NCBI RefSeq assembly: GCF_006345805.1
Contig: NC_043002.1
Location: 79,298,001-79,362,000, forward strand
DNA from: Octopus sinensis
Taxonomy: Eukaryota
Length of the DNA stretch: 64,000 nucleotides
Direction: 5' to 3'
Made by a program: the position numbers and the translations under genes. Under the pieces are notes generated by a model. The model was not told the DNA's origin. It saw only the letters and a program-made list of their open reading frames with translations, and made no database searches. Of this stretch, positions 42,984 to 54,809 are shown in pieces; within the stretch, counting starts at the first letter, position 1, and each line of letters begins with the position of its first letter.

Positions 42984-43128
42984 CCATATATGCATGTATA
43001 TATATCCGTATCGATACGTGTGAATGTATGTATATTAATATTCATGTATTTCTATATTATGCATATGTATATATATATATGTACATATTTATATATATGT
43101 GTGTATGTTTATATATATGTATATATAT

Positions 43129-43159
<31 letters not shown>

Positions 43160-43487
43160 TATATATAGATAGATAGATAGATAATATAGATAGATCTGGT
43201 GGTGTATGTATAGGTATGCGTATATATATTTGTATTCTTGTGTATAAACATATATATATATAAATAAAGATAGAGAGAGAGGGGAAAAAGAAATATTCTC
43301 ACACACTCACACATGCCTGTATAGATTGTGTACATACTTGTAATCATAAATATAGACATACATTTGTACACACACAAGCACACACACACACATAGTTATA
43401 TGTATATCACATACGAATGTTTACTTGTATATATCTATCTATATATACACGTTTCTATGGCTGCGTGTGTGTATGTTTGTGTTTCTC

Positions 43488-43538
<51 letters not shown>

Positions 43539-43670
43539 GTATATATATATATATATACGTATATACATATGTATACATACATATATATATATATATATAT
43601 ACATACAATATATATATATAATCTTTTACATATATGTATATATATATATTATATTAATTATATATCTTTT

Positions 43671-43701
<31 letters not shown>

Positions 43702-43992
43702 CTTACATATTTATATATATATATATATATATATAATAATATATATATATTTGTGAGTTTTCGTGTGTAGTTGTAAGTTCATATGTACAAATGCATAATA
43801 TAATATCACTACATATACACGCTTACGTACATATATACATACGCGCATGCGCATTCATTCACATTCACATTCACACAGACGCACACTAATGCAAGTTCCT
43901 ATAAAGAAGAGCACATAAGATGATGTTCAATACATATGTGCTACTTTTCACCAATACCAATATGAACGACAATCATCAGTAATGATCTGGAG

Positions 43993-44056
43993 AGACACAT
44001 AGGTAAGCAGACACATAGGTAAGCAGACACATAGGTAAGCAGACACATAGGTAAGC
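43993..44056. repeat. 16-bp minisatellite x4 (agacacataggtaagc)
   Basis: Four perfect copies visible. Confidence 0.95.
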
Positions 44057-44454
44057 AGAGTGAGTTGTAGTAAAAGTGAAACGGGAAGAGATTGTTGAAG
44101 ATTAAAAATAGAGAGACACTCGCATACGTACACAACCCCCCCCCCCAAAAAAAAAATAATAATAACACACGCATGTCATGGAAGTGAATGTATGTGTCTG
44201 TTCACGATCTAGTTTGTAGATCTCAGACTTCCACTTACGTATCTGAAATTTTACGTAGCGTCACATTTTTTGAGAAAACCGTCATACTTTCCATAAACCC
44301 TGGCAAAAGCAGGCTCTTGTTACTAATGTATGCCTGTTCGTCTGTCGGTCACTTTATCTCTCTCTCTCTCTCTGTCTATCTATCGGTCGGTCTGTCTGTC
44401 TCTATGCCTGTCTTTCTGTCTGTCTATCTATTTATATATCTGCCTGTGTGCTTA

Positions 44455-44497
<43 letters not shown>

Positions 44498-44548
44498 TTA
44501 TCTGTCTGTTTATGTATGAATGTATGTATGTATCTGTCTGTTTGCATG

Positions 44549-44651
<103 letters not shown>

Positions 44652-44656
44652 GTCTA

Positions 44657-44994
<338 letters not shown>

Positions 44995-45044
44995 AAACAA
45001 ATGAATAGCAAAGAGCATTACAATGTTAATAGAAATATTCTTAT

Positions 45045-46620
45045 TTAATCATGAAAGAAGCTGGCAAAGGAGAAACCATGGAAATAAAGGACAAGACCTA
45101 TTACAAAGAAAGGGTCTTGGAACTACTAAATGTTCAACAATTCTGTAAAAATGACAAATCAATGCAGACAAACAAACAATGAAAATTTATGGAATAAATT
45201 CAAAAAAGAGTTAAGAGAAAAGGAGTTGGATTACTGAACATAACAAATTTTGAAGCAAATACAGCAACTTTTATAGACTACTGAAAAACTCGTAAATTTA
45301 AAGAAATCCATCACAGCTTAAAGGATCGCTATACACCATGTTAGGATTTCCAAACTGTCTTATTTAAAATGCCGCCCAATTGTTGCAGGAACAACATCAA
45401 TAATACAACAATTAGGTAATTTACTGGATAACATAACAATCCATCATGCAAATTGGTTCTGAGATTCATTAGAGACGATATGGATTTCCGTAAGCACGTT
45501 CCAGAAATAGTAAATATAAAGACGATCCTAGTTAGAATCGACGTAACCAGCCTCTACATTAATATCCTCCATGGATTAAGATTGAGAGCAGTAGAATTCT
45601 AGATAGATAAAGAACCACACAGAATTAGGAGCGATTCTCAAGGGAATTTATACTAGGTTTACGATTGGTACTAGAAAACATCTACTTCGTTGATAATACC
45701 TTTATATAAAATGGACGCCAGTGGGCTGTTGCTTCCGCGTTTACATTATTGATGTGATTCTTAGTAAATAAACGACGCCTGATGCGAGAGTACTTCTGAT
45801 CAGCACTTCTAATCCTATTTAAATTTTAATTGGAAGTTTTCTCCTTAAGCCAGAGATTGGGGTTTCTTTTACGTTTATTGTGGCATGATTTAAGCTTTTA
45901 CTGGATGACTGTTTCATATTTAGGAACTGAAGTAAAGAAGACCTTACAAGATATCTTCAGTTCATAAAAAGCATTCATGAACCGATTCCATTAACACTGG
46001 AAATGAAGGAAAAGAATTTTCCCTTTCTATACACATTGGTAATGAAAGGAAATGAGACTCTTACAACCCATGTCTAATGCAAGGATACGGACACTCGCCA
46101 ATACTTAGACTTTAGGTCTTGCATCCATCCCGTAAAGAAATAAACCAGTTAATATGTCAAAGCAAATATATTTAATAGTTGCAGATTCAAGTGGACGAGG
46201 CAGACGGCTGGTAGAACTAAAATGATTTCTTCCGTGAAAAAAAAATACTTGGAAAACGTTGTAGATCCCAATTCCTGATTTCTGGAGAAGTCCTGACAAT
46301 GAATGAGAGGAGACAAATAGAAATTTTCCATTTGTGGTTAGCTGTAATCTCACTTCTTACATTCGGTCAAACGCTATTTAAAATTTTTACATCAATCATC
46401 AAATCTAAGACAAATAATTAAAGTGTCAATAATTATTTACTGCCGAGGGCAATTTGCATATCTTAAAAGACATTTAATGAAGACGAAAATTACGGCAAGA
46501 AAAGAAATAGTGCAGGTAACAAAATGGGGGTCAAAAACCTTCGTCGAGGAAACTGCAAATTGACTGAATTTGGTAAAACTAAAAGATTCAAGAATGTGAA
46601 GGAACTGAAGTTTAATGTAC
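45045..46620 (+). pseudogene. Penelope-like element reverse transcriptase, heavily decayed
   Basis: Ordered PLE RT motifs across frameshifts: KEAGKG..MEIKDKTYY (~KEADKG), NFYRLLK (~FYGLPK), RPIVAG, FIRDDMDF, DVTSLYINI, LVLEN.YF, LDDCFIF, FPFL, KDTDTRQYLDFRSC (~KPTD..QYL.F.S.HP). Confidence 0.88.
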
Positions 46621-46699
46621 ATATGAAATGCAAAAGAAAGACTCTCAATTAATGCACCACACCAATTGCGTCTGTGTTTGCAAACACAGACACAGAAGC

Positions 46700-46898
46700 A
46701 GAAGGACACTCACGCACGCATATATATGACAGACTTCTTTCGGTTTCCGTCTACCAAGTTCTCCCACCATGCTTTTGGTCGGCTATAGGAGAAGATATTA
46801 GAGGAAGCTATAGCAGAAGACATTTGCCCAAGGTGTCACGCCATGGAACTGAACTCGAGACCATGCGGTTCAGAGGCAAGCTTCTGATCACACAGCCA
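46700..46898 (-). mobile_element. SINE family A, 5' half
   Basis: cttctttcggtttccgtctacc...ttgcccaaggtg...cacacagcca. Confidence 0.8.
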
Positions 46899-46899
46899 T

Positions 46900-47157
46900 A
46901 TATTGGGTTGCTGCATAATTATTGCGGCTATTTTTCAACAAATTTTATTCAACAAAACGAATTACAATATTTAACAAAAGTATCTTTAAATGACGGTCTG
47001 ACCGTTTGCCAACCAAATGAGAAGCAGTAATTGAAGTAGATGGTGAATATGCTTCGGAATAATCATTTCAAGATGTTTTTGTTTACATGTTGTTATTGTT
47101 TTTGTTGAAGAAAATTTGTTGAAAAAGAGCCGCAATAATTATGCACCAACCAAATAT
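46900..47157 (+). mobile_element. Mariner-derived MITE with ~45-bp TIRs
   Basis: TIRs tattgggttgctgcataattattgcggct... and ...agccgcaataattatgcaccaaccaaata. The interior retains the transposase end LPTK*EAVIEVDGEY. Confidence 0.88.
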
Positions 47158-47364
47158 ATGTATGTATTCTACCTTTTTGGTTTTTAATTGCTTTAGCCAC
47201 CTATATTATAACATATTTAATATATCATAATATTAATTAATCGTTATTATATATTTTATTGTATGTTTATATATATATATATACCAACGGTAGTGCCCCA
47301 GTATGGCCACAGCTTTCGGGCTGAAGCATTTTTAAGGATTTAAGGATATATATATATATATATA

Positions 47365-47480
47365 TACGAGGGGTGTATGAAAAATCTTGAGCCTCAAAAG
47401 AATAATCAAAACAAAATATGGTACAAGACTTCAAGGCTCAAAGGACTTGAATGCTCAAAACTTTTCATACAAGGTGTAAA
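47365..47480. mobile_element. Small mariner-type MITE remnant
   Basis: TA-cgaggggtgtatgaaaaatcttgagc pairs imperfectly with gctcaaaacttttcatac. Confidence 0.55.
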
Positions 47481-47531
47481 AAATAGTACTCGAACACCAG
47501 AGGTAGAGTAATGTATAAATACATAGGGTAA

Positions 47532-47866
47532 AGACCCCCTTCGGTCATGAATGACCATGGGATTGCACCTAGAAAGTTACCCTCCTAGACACAAGTCCGG
47601 GCAAGGTTGTTTATGGAAGACCAGCAGTCGCCCATGCATACCGGCCTCCCCTCTCCACGCCACCAGTGTTATCCAAGGGAAAGACAAAGGTCGATACAGC
47701 TTGGAACCAGTGACGTCGCAACTCATTTCTACAGCTGAGTGAACTGGAGCAACGTGAAATAAAGTGTTTTGCTCAAGAACACAACACGCAGCCCGGTCCG
47801 GGATTCGAGCTCACAACCTCACGATCGTAAGCTCGACGCTCTAACCACTGAGCCATGCGCCTTCAT
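47532..47866 (-). mobile_element. tRNA(Arg)-derived SINE family C, full length
   Basis: Near-identical to 32447-32778. Confidence 0.9.
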
Positions 47867-47934
47867 AAATACATACATAAATACATAAATACATACATAC
47901 ATACATACATACATACATACATGCATACATATGT

Positions 47935-47998
<64 letters not shown>

Positions 47999-48002
<4 letters not shown>

Positions 48003-48290
48003 GTAAATGTAATATGTGACAATTATTTGGTAGCCATGATAAAACTCCGAGTTTCGGATGCCGAGGTGAAAATGCACGCCGCCATCTCTTCAGTTATCCG
48101 GTCAGCATTTTTCCGATGGCCTGATAAGTGAAGTGAAGGCGACGTGGATTTCCACCTCGGCATCCGAAACTCGGAGTTTTATCATGGCTACCGAATAATT
48201 GTCACATATTACATTTACAGATAAATTCCTCTATTTTTAATAATATCGAGGTCTCCTTCATTCTTTTGTTGTCTTACCATTTTTATCAGT
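47999..48290. mobile_element. (TA)n-flanked pLTR-like module with an inverted 5' duplication (hairpin 47999-48222)
   Basis: About 70-bp near-perfect outer arms and imperfect inner arms. The right arm continues as a T-rich tail to 48290. Confidence 0.85.
48038..48098 (-). ncRNA. Type I hammerhead-like fold in the left arm of the hairpin
   Basis: gauaa-CUGAAGA-gaug...cauc-c-GAA-ACUC-G-GAGU-U-uuauc: 5-bp stem I, long imperfect stem II, near-palindromic stem III. Confidence 0.65.
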
Positions 48291-48311
48291 ATATATATAT
48301 ATATATATATA

Positions 48312-48527
48312 CATTTCAAAATGTGACCTCGTGTGTACCGTTGGCGATTTTTTTCCTCTGTCTTCTCTTCTCTGGATCTTTCCTTCTCCTATGTTTCTGA
48401 CGAAGAGCTCCGCTCGAAACGTTAAACCTTCCTTCTTTCCTTCTTTCATGAGCGTCCAATAATAGTATATTTGTTCCACGTCCTCGCGTTATTGTGTTTT
48501 TTTGTGTTTTCTTGTTTGGATTAACTA
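48312..48527 (+). mobile_element. pLTR-like module with a minimal hammerhead, inserted in (TA)n
   Basis: Same family as 44657-44876, with TA runs on both sides. Confidence 0.85.
48394..48426 (+). ncRNA. Minimal type I hammerhead ribozyme motif
   Basis: uuu-CUGACGA-a-gagc-ucc-gcuc-GAA-ACGU-U-aaa, identical to 44758-44790. Confidence 0.75.
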
Positions 48528-48623
48528 TATATATATATATTTGTATGTCTGAATGCATGAATGTGTGTATGTGTGTGTGTGTGTGCGTGTGTGTATGTGT
48601 GTATATACATGCGTGCGCACCTA

Positions 48624-48654
<31 letters not shown>

Positions 48655-48812
48655 TCCGAAATACTTTTCTTATCCGACATGCAGTTCGAAAAAGCCCGCC
48701 ATTTACCGAATATATGATTTATAAACATTCCATGTGCTTGGTCAGAGTGAATAGATGTCTGTTCGTCTTCGTTAGGTAAGGTTGGTGGTTTATTTATGAT
48801 GTGTTCAGAATC

Positions 48813-48869
48813 AGTTCTGCTGATGATCATAGACGTAAGTTAAATGTGAAATCACGGTGATACAGAACT
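48813..48869 (+). ncRNA. Type I hammerhead ribozyme fold (in TA-flanked module 48655-48992)
   Basis: Stem I agttctg/cagaact (7 bp); CUGAUGA; stem II cat/atg plus gac-GUAA-gtt with a U.U first pair; GAA; stem III AUCAC-G-GUGAU; H17=A. Confidence 0.78.
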
Positions 48870-49681
48870 AAATTCATTTTTTAAATGTCTTGCTTTGAAG
48901 AACTGCATTAGGTATGATTAGTGTAATTTTGGTAGTAATGACTTTGTCCCTCTTAGTGTGAGGCATTTATGTGTAATAATGCCCTCTATACAATATATAT
49001 ATATATATACGCGCACATAGGCGCGCACGCATGTACAAGTACCATCTTCCGCGTTGTCAATGCAGTACCCATGGTCTGGAATCTCCCTTTTTCGGTTGAG
49101 AGATTGTGTTGTGTAAAAGCATTGAACAATATGATTAAAAGTAATAAACCTACCAGAATTTCAGTGTCGTCATTTAATCAAAACACGGGCACCGATCTCT
49201 TGGTAAGAATGACTGAGATGATTATGGAAGTTGGTATTTGAAGTTAGGCTCAAGAGAGATTTCAATATTTACAGCAATAACTCCAATACTATAGTATTTC
49301 CCATAACACCTAATAATTATTACATTTTTTTTCATCATGGTCCATGGAGCCAGTACTTATTTGGTAATGTCCTTAGCGGATCAAGGATAAATAAATAATA
49401 CACTCTGCTAGAAAGGTCACCCGGTTTCATGCAGAGATTTTATGTTTAGCTCCGCGGAAGCAAATTCATATTGCAGAAGAGATTCATAATGCGTCATTGT
49501 TTTACTGACGAATCGCTCAGCATCTAAAATTTCACACATTTCAAGTTCGTGTTACGGCGTCGAAGTTCTGCAGAAGCGTTTACTTTGGGGTTGCTTCCTG
49601 TCATGTTCTTCCTTGACAAAGTTAAGCATTTGTCCACGTGATAGAATTTTATCTAATAACTAATATCGTAAAAATCAATTA

Positions 49682-50470
49682 AGGCGGCGATCTGGCAGAA
49701 ACGTTAGCACGCCGGGCGAAATGCTTAGCAGTATTTCGTCTGCCGCTACGTTCTGGGTTCAAATTCCGCCGAGGTCGACTTTGCCTTTCATCCTTTCGGA
49801 GTCGATTAAATAAGTACCAGTTACGCACTAGGGTCGATGTAATCGACTTAATCCGTTTGTCTATCCATGTTTGTTCCCTCTGTGTTTAGCCCCTTGTGGG
49901 TAGTAAAGAAATAGGTATTTCGTCTCCCGCTACGTTCTGAGTTCAAATTCCGCCGAGATCGACTTTACCTTTCATCCTTTCGGATAAAGTACCAGTTATG
50001 CACTGGGGTCGATATAATCGACTTAATCCGTTTGTCTTTCCTTGTGTGTCCTCTCTGTGTTTAGCTCCTTGTGGGTAATAAAGAAATAGTTATTTCGTCT
50101 GCTGTTACGTTCTGAATTCAAATTCCGCCGAGGTCGACTTTGCCTTTCATCCTTTCGGGGTGGATAAATTAAGTACTAATTACGCACTGGGGTCGATGTA
50201 ATCGACTTAATCCCTTTGTTTTTCCTTGTTTGTCCCCCCTGTATTTTACCCTTTGTGGGTAGTAAAGATATAAGAAACGTTAGCACTTTGGGCAAAATGC
50301 TTAGCGGCATTTCGTCCGTCTTTACGTTCCGAGTTCAAATTCTGCTACTTTGTCTTTCATCGTTTACAGGGGTTGATAAAAGAAGTAGTATTTAAGCACT
50401 AGATTCAATGACATTGACTATCTCCCTCTCCCAAACTCGCTGACTTGTACCAAAATTTAAAATCAATATT
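49682..50470 (+). mobile_element. SINE family B with a tandemly reiterated body (3 units of ~175-184 bp plus a fourth diverged copy)
   Basis: Units tatttcgtc...aaaga(a/t)ata begin at about 49732, 49916 and 50091. A further copy starts at about 50273. Confidence 0.9.
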
Positions 50471-50689
50471 GTAAAAAAACAACTAGAGGAAAAAAGTTGA
50501 AATAATTGTTTCATTAAATTCAAATAACGAGGAACATAAACAAGCAAACAAAATTTGCTTTAGAAGTGTTGAGATGTCTTAGAAAGTTAAAGAAGTGATT
50601 TTAAATTCTCAAACGCAGGATAATGCTAATAATATAGCCTGAACAGGATAAGCTACCCCTATTTTGCAGAAAAAAATGTTGGCGGCCAG

Positions 50690-50882
50690 CTAAGACCAGA
50701 AAATTTTCAGGATTAAGAAGGTTAGTCGATCTCATGGTCCACATTACTTGACTGGTTCTTTGCTTAATCAAGCTGGGATGAAAGGCAAACTTGATTTTGG
50801 CGAGATTTTGAACCTGAACGCAAGAAACCGGAAGAAATGCCGTTGAATATGTTGTTCGACGCGCCAACGATTCTGACAGCTC
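50690..50882 (-). mobile_element. SINE family B, diverged, inverted
   Basis: ggatgaaaggcaaacttga...ttgaac...aacgattctgacagctc. Confidence 0.7.
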
Positions 50883-51483
50883 AAAAATTATTAAACTAGT
50901 GACTGATGTAAGTGATTCAAGGCGAATTTATATCTACTGGCATTTAAATTATAAAATACATTTAAAGCCGAAAAATTTACAAAACATCGTTTCTAGATTT
51001 ATTAAATTTGTTCTAGATGACATAATGTTATTCCGGAAAATGGATAAAAAATGACTGTTGACCATAACAGTAAATTATCCCCTTCCGCTGTTATGATTAA
51101 TTAGATCATCACCGAGATAGAGTCCACAGCCAATAAGATATATATTTAAATTGGAGAATATGAGGTCCTGTCAATATAAAGTCATGCATTTCCACTGAGC
51201 TACTTCTCCGGCACACTATCACCAAGGCAATCGTAGCTACCATATTTTCCTATCTAATTTTCCGTAAATGCTATCTTCCTTCAGTTCCCGAGTAAAGCAT
51301 TTTTCTCATCATTGACAGCTGATGAAACCTTCGTCATTTATAAGATGTAAGGTAAGTGGATGTTTCACATTGCGTTTTTTACAGATGAAACATTGGTCCT
51401 GTTGGAGTCATTTCCATACCTAATAATTATATTTTGTAGTAGGGGCTCTGAATGAGAGGGGGAGATGCAAGACGACCACCAAA

Positions 51484-51915
51484 AATGGTCGTACAAAAGT
51501 TTTCGACTTCCTCACATAAACCAAACAAGATACAATGTTTTAAAACAGAAAAATGCCTATAATGAAAATTTATTACATAACGTTCATTTCAAGAAGTTAC
51601 TGTAGATTGTTAATATTTCGCGTGGCTTCCCTTAGCTCGAATGGTTGCTTCAATGCACCGTGGAAGAGATGCGTACAAATCCATCACCATCCTCATAGGC
51701 ATGAGATGCCATTCACTGCGGCTGAGCTCCCACAATTCTTCAAGATTGCATGGATTCTTCTGGCGATCTCTTCTCTTTAGTTTTGTCCACATTTGCTCAT
51801 TGATAATTAAGTCAAGACTTTGAGCTGAGCAATCTTTCAATACCGTAACACCTTCATCAGCCAAACTCTGTTGTGTTGCACAGGATGGAGATCCGTCTTT
51901 GTTTTGCAGTGTTTC
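51484..51915 (-). mobile_element. Tc1-like (DD34E) transposase C-terminal remnant
   Basis: LQNKDGSPSC...VLKDCSAQSLDLIINEQMWTKLK...NLEELW...EW...LYASLPRCIEATIRAKGSHAKY* (~WPAQSPDLNIIENLW...G.TKY). Confidence 0.88.
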
Positions 51916-51924
51916 TCCCCTGTT

Positions 51925-52653
51925 TATCAATTTTTTCGAAGGCTGAAACGAAGGAACAGCGTGCTTCCACGAAATTCTGTTTTCTACTGAATAAAATGGC
52001 GGCCGAAATAGTTGTCATACTTCAGACAGCATACGGGCCCGCTGCCATGAGCAAGACACAAGTCTACGAGTGGTTTTCACCCTTTAGGAATGGCCAATTG
52101 TCACTTAATGACCAATCTCGTTCAAGGCGACAGTCGACCTCCCGAACGAATGAAAACACCATAAAAAAATTCACGAACTGATCTTGGAAGGCCGTCACCG
52201 AACAAATGTCGAACTTGTCGATATGACTAGTGTGTCCTGAAGCTCCTGCCAACAAATTCTGAGCGAGGAATTTCGAATGAAAGGAGTTGCAGCAAAATTT
52301 GTACCTCGTCTGCTCACGGAAGATAAAAAGCAATCACGACTGCATGCGTGGCGTGAACTCAAAGAACAACTGGAAGTTGATCCGAACCTTTTTTTCGAAG
52401 GTCATCATTAGTGACGAAAGCTGGTGCTAGGGAATTTGCAGATTTGGCAAAGATTAAAAAAAAAAAATAACCGAAGCGTTAAGAGGCATCATTTCGCAAG
52501 AGATCCAGCACTGCTTCGACTAGTGGAAAACGCACCTAGACTGCTGCATTGCTTCAAATGGAGAATACTTTGAAGGTGATAAAAGTGTAAACATGTAAAA
52601 GTGAATAAAATAATAATGTAAAATTTCTGGTTTCGTTTGGGCGCCCATCGTAT
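51925..52653 (+). mobile_element. Internally deleted mariner
   Basis: EQRASTKFCF...MSKTQVYEWF..F.NG...RSRRQSTS...VAAKFVPRLL...KVIISDESWC, then a jump to CIASNGEYFEGD. The right end is ...catcg-TA. Confidence 0.9.
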
Positions 52654-52739
52654 ATTTATTACACGAACCCCCATATGTGTGTATGTATATATGTATTTAT
52701 GTCTGTCTGCATGTATGTCTCTCTCTCTCTGTATATATA

Positions 52740-52779
<40 letters not shown>

Positions 52780-52809
52780 TATATATATATACATACATAC
52801 ATACATACA

Positions 52810-53016
52810 TACGAGTGGGGGAGCCGAAAATTCCCTGGCTTTGAGGGTATCGCGAAAGGCTTGACTGGAGGTCTAACCTCCTGAGTTCTTTCACAGGGCT
52901 TATAAAAACTGAGGAACCCCTGCAATGAGAGGTATATGCTGAATAAAATCATAATTAACTAATATTTCCTGCATTTACTTTTACCCAAAGTCAGGAACCT
53001 TTCAGCAACCCTCGTA
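52810..53016. mobile_element. Mariner-type MITE
   Basis: TIRs TA-cgag...gccgaaaattccctggctttg and caaagtcaggaacctttcagcaaccctcg-TA. Confidence 0.75.
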
Positions 53017-53034
53017 TATATATATATATATATA

Positions 53035-53082
<48 letters not shown>

Positions 53083-53154
53083 TGTGTGTGTGTGTGTGTA
53101 TGCATGTATGTATATATAACTATATAAGTAGTGTTATGTATGTATGTATGTATG

Positions 53155-53189
<35 letters not shown>

Positions 53190-53365
53190 ATATATATAAT
53201 ATATATAATATATATCAATAGATGAGTGTATTTTTACCTTGTTAACAATTAACACGGAAAAATAAATAAATAGTTACCAGTGCAGCAAAAATCTCACAAG
53301 TAAAGATGTTGTAACTCCTTGTTTATAAAGGTTGAAACTTCGTGTTTACGTTGAATATTTTGAAT

Positions 53366-53453
53366 TATATGAATAAAAAATGGAGTTAACGCAGGTTTAA
53401 ACAAGTATTTTTACTTGTTTAAACCTGCATTAACTCCATTTTTTATTCATATA
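53366..53453. repeat. Hairpin with 42-bp arms and a 4-nt loop, abutting (TA)n
   Basis: tatatgaataaaaaatggagttaacgcaggtttaaacaagta-tttt-tacttgtttaaacctgcattaactccattttttattcatata, one mismatch. Confidence 0.92.
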
Positions 53454-54255
53454 TATATATATATATATATATAACAAAGTAAAGTTGTAAGGAACCGCAC
53501 GGGTGAATATATATATATATATAAATATACTAAGAGAAATAACTCTGACCAATCGCATGTTTTTGTACAACATAGACAATTTCAGATTTATTGCTTACCA
53601 TACAAAATATATTCACAATTTGAATTTGCGATTAAGCACTTCTCCACATGAGAAGGGGGGGATAATTTTAAAAAATGAAATAATTCTCAAAATCTGACAT
53701 GTCATTGAGAAAATGGACACGTTTATTGTCTGGAGATAAGAAAACTGTCATGCACACAATGTTTCCGGCTCAGTAACACTCATTAGCACGACAATTGTCC
53801 GACCTTATCTTCAGTAGCCAAGGGGCTTAGACTTGTACAAAAAAGAGTAGAACATTTTTTTGCCACGATACAAAATATGCATACATACAAATGTACATAC
53901 ATACAAATACACCACATACATATATACATACATAAATACATATATATATATATATACACGCATATAAACATATATACATAAAAATATACATATATATAAG
54001 TATATATACATCTACGTATATAAATACACACACTCACATGCACACAAAAACACACGGATCTATCTATCTATCTATATATATGTATGTATATATATCCATG
54101 TATACTTGTACAATACTCATAATGCACGCACGCAGATGTAGATACGCAGAGATATACACACGCATATATATCCATATGAGATACACATATACCCACATAA
54201 ACATATATTAAACATACGTATTATATATGCGTACATATGTACATATATACACACT

Positions 54256-54312
<57 letters not shown>

Positions 54313-54334
54313 CTATATATATGTATATGTCTAT

Positions 54335-54389
<55 letters not shown>

Positions 54390-54764
54390 TATATAGTGAG
54401 AGAGTGAGAGAGAAATAGAGGGAGAAAGAGAGAGATGGATGGGGAGGAGAGATGGAAAGACAGACAGAAAAATTATGAAGTTAGAGTTCAATGTGTTATG
54501 TGAATCATCTAGAGACAAGAATACCTTAAACAAACTAATACATTCTCCTGTTGAATCTGTACGTACGATCTCATTAATATTTATTTCAATATTTTTCAAC
54601 GAGATAAGAGACAGTCAATAACCAAATGACAATATTTCTTTTGTTAGTACTATTAATACGACTACTTATCCACGCCATCGCCTTGTGGAAAGTCATAAAT
54701 ATTTTCACGGTTCTTCGAACTGTCTGAATCCGAGGAAATAATAATGATAATAATAATAATAATA

Positions 54765-54809
<45 letters not shown>

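Noticed and set aside
47795-47866. tRNA-Arg gene (also at 32705-32778, 18938-19010 and 41133-41205)
   Set aside because: The tRNA-like heads continue into shared SINE bodies and lack a proper acceptor stem, so these are SINEs.
48755-48781. Recursive splice site-like tcttcgttag|gtaag
   Set aside because: It lies inside a probable mobile module, the pyrimidine tract is weak, and the host transcription strand is unknown.
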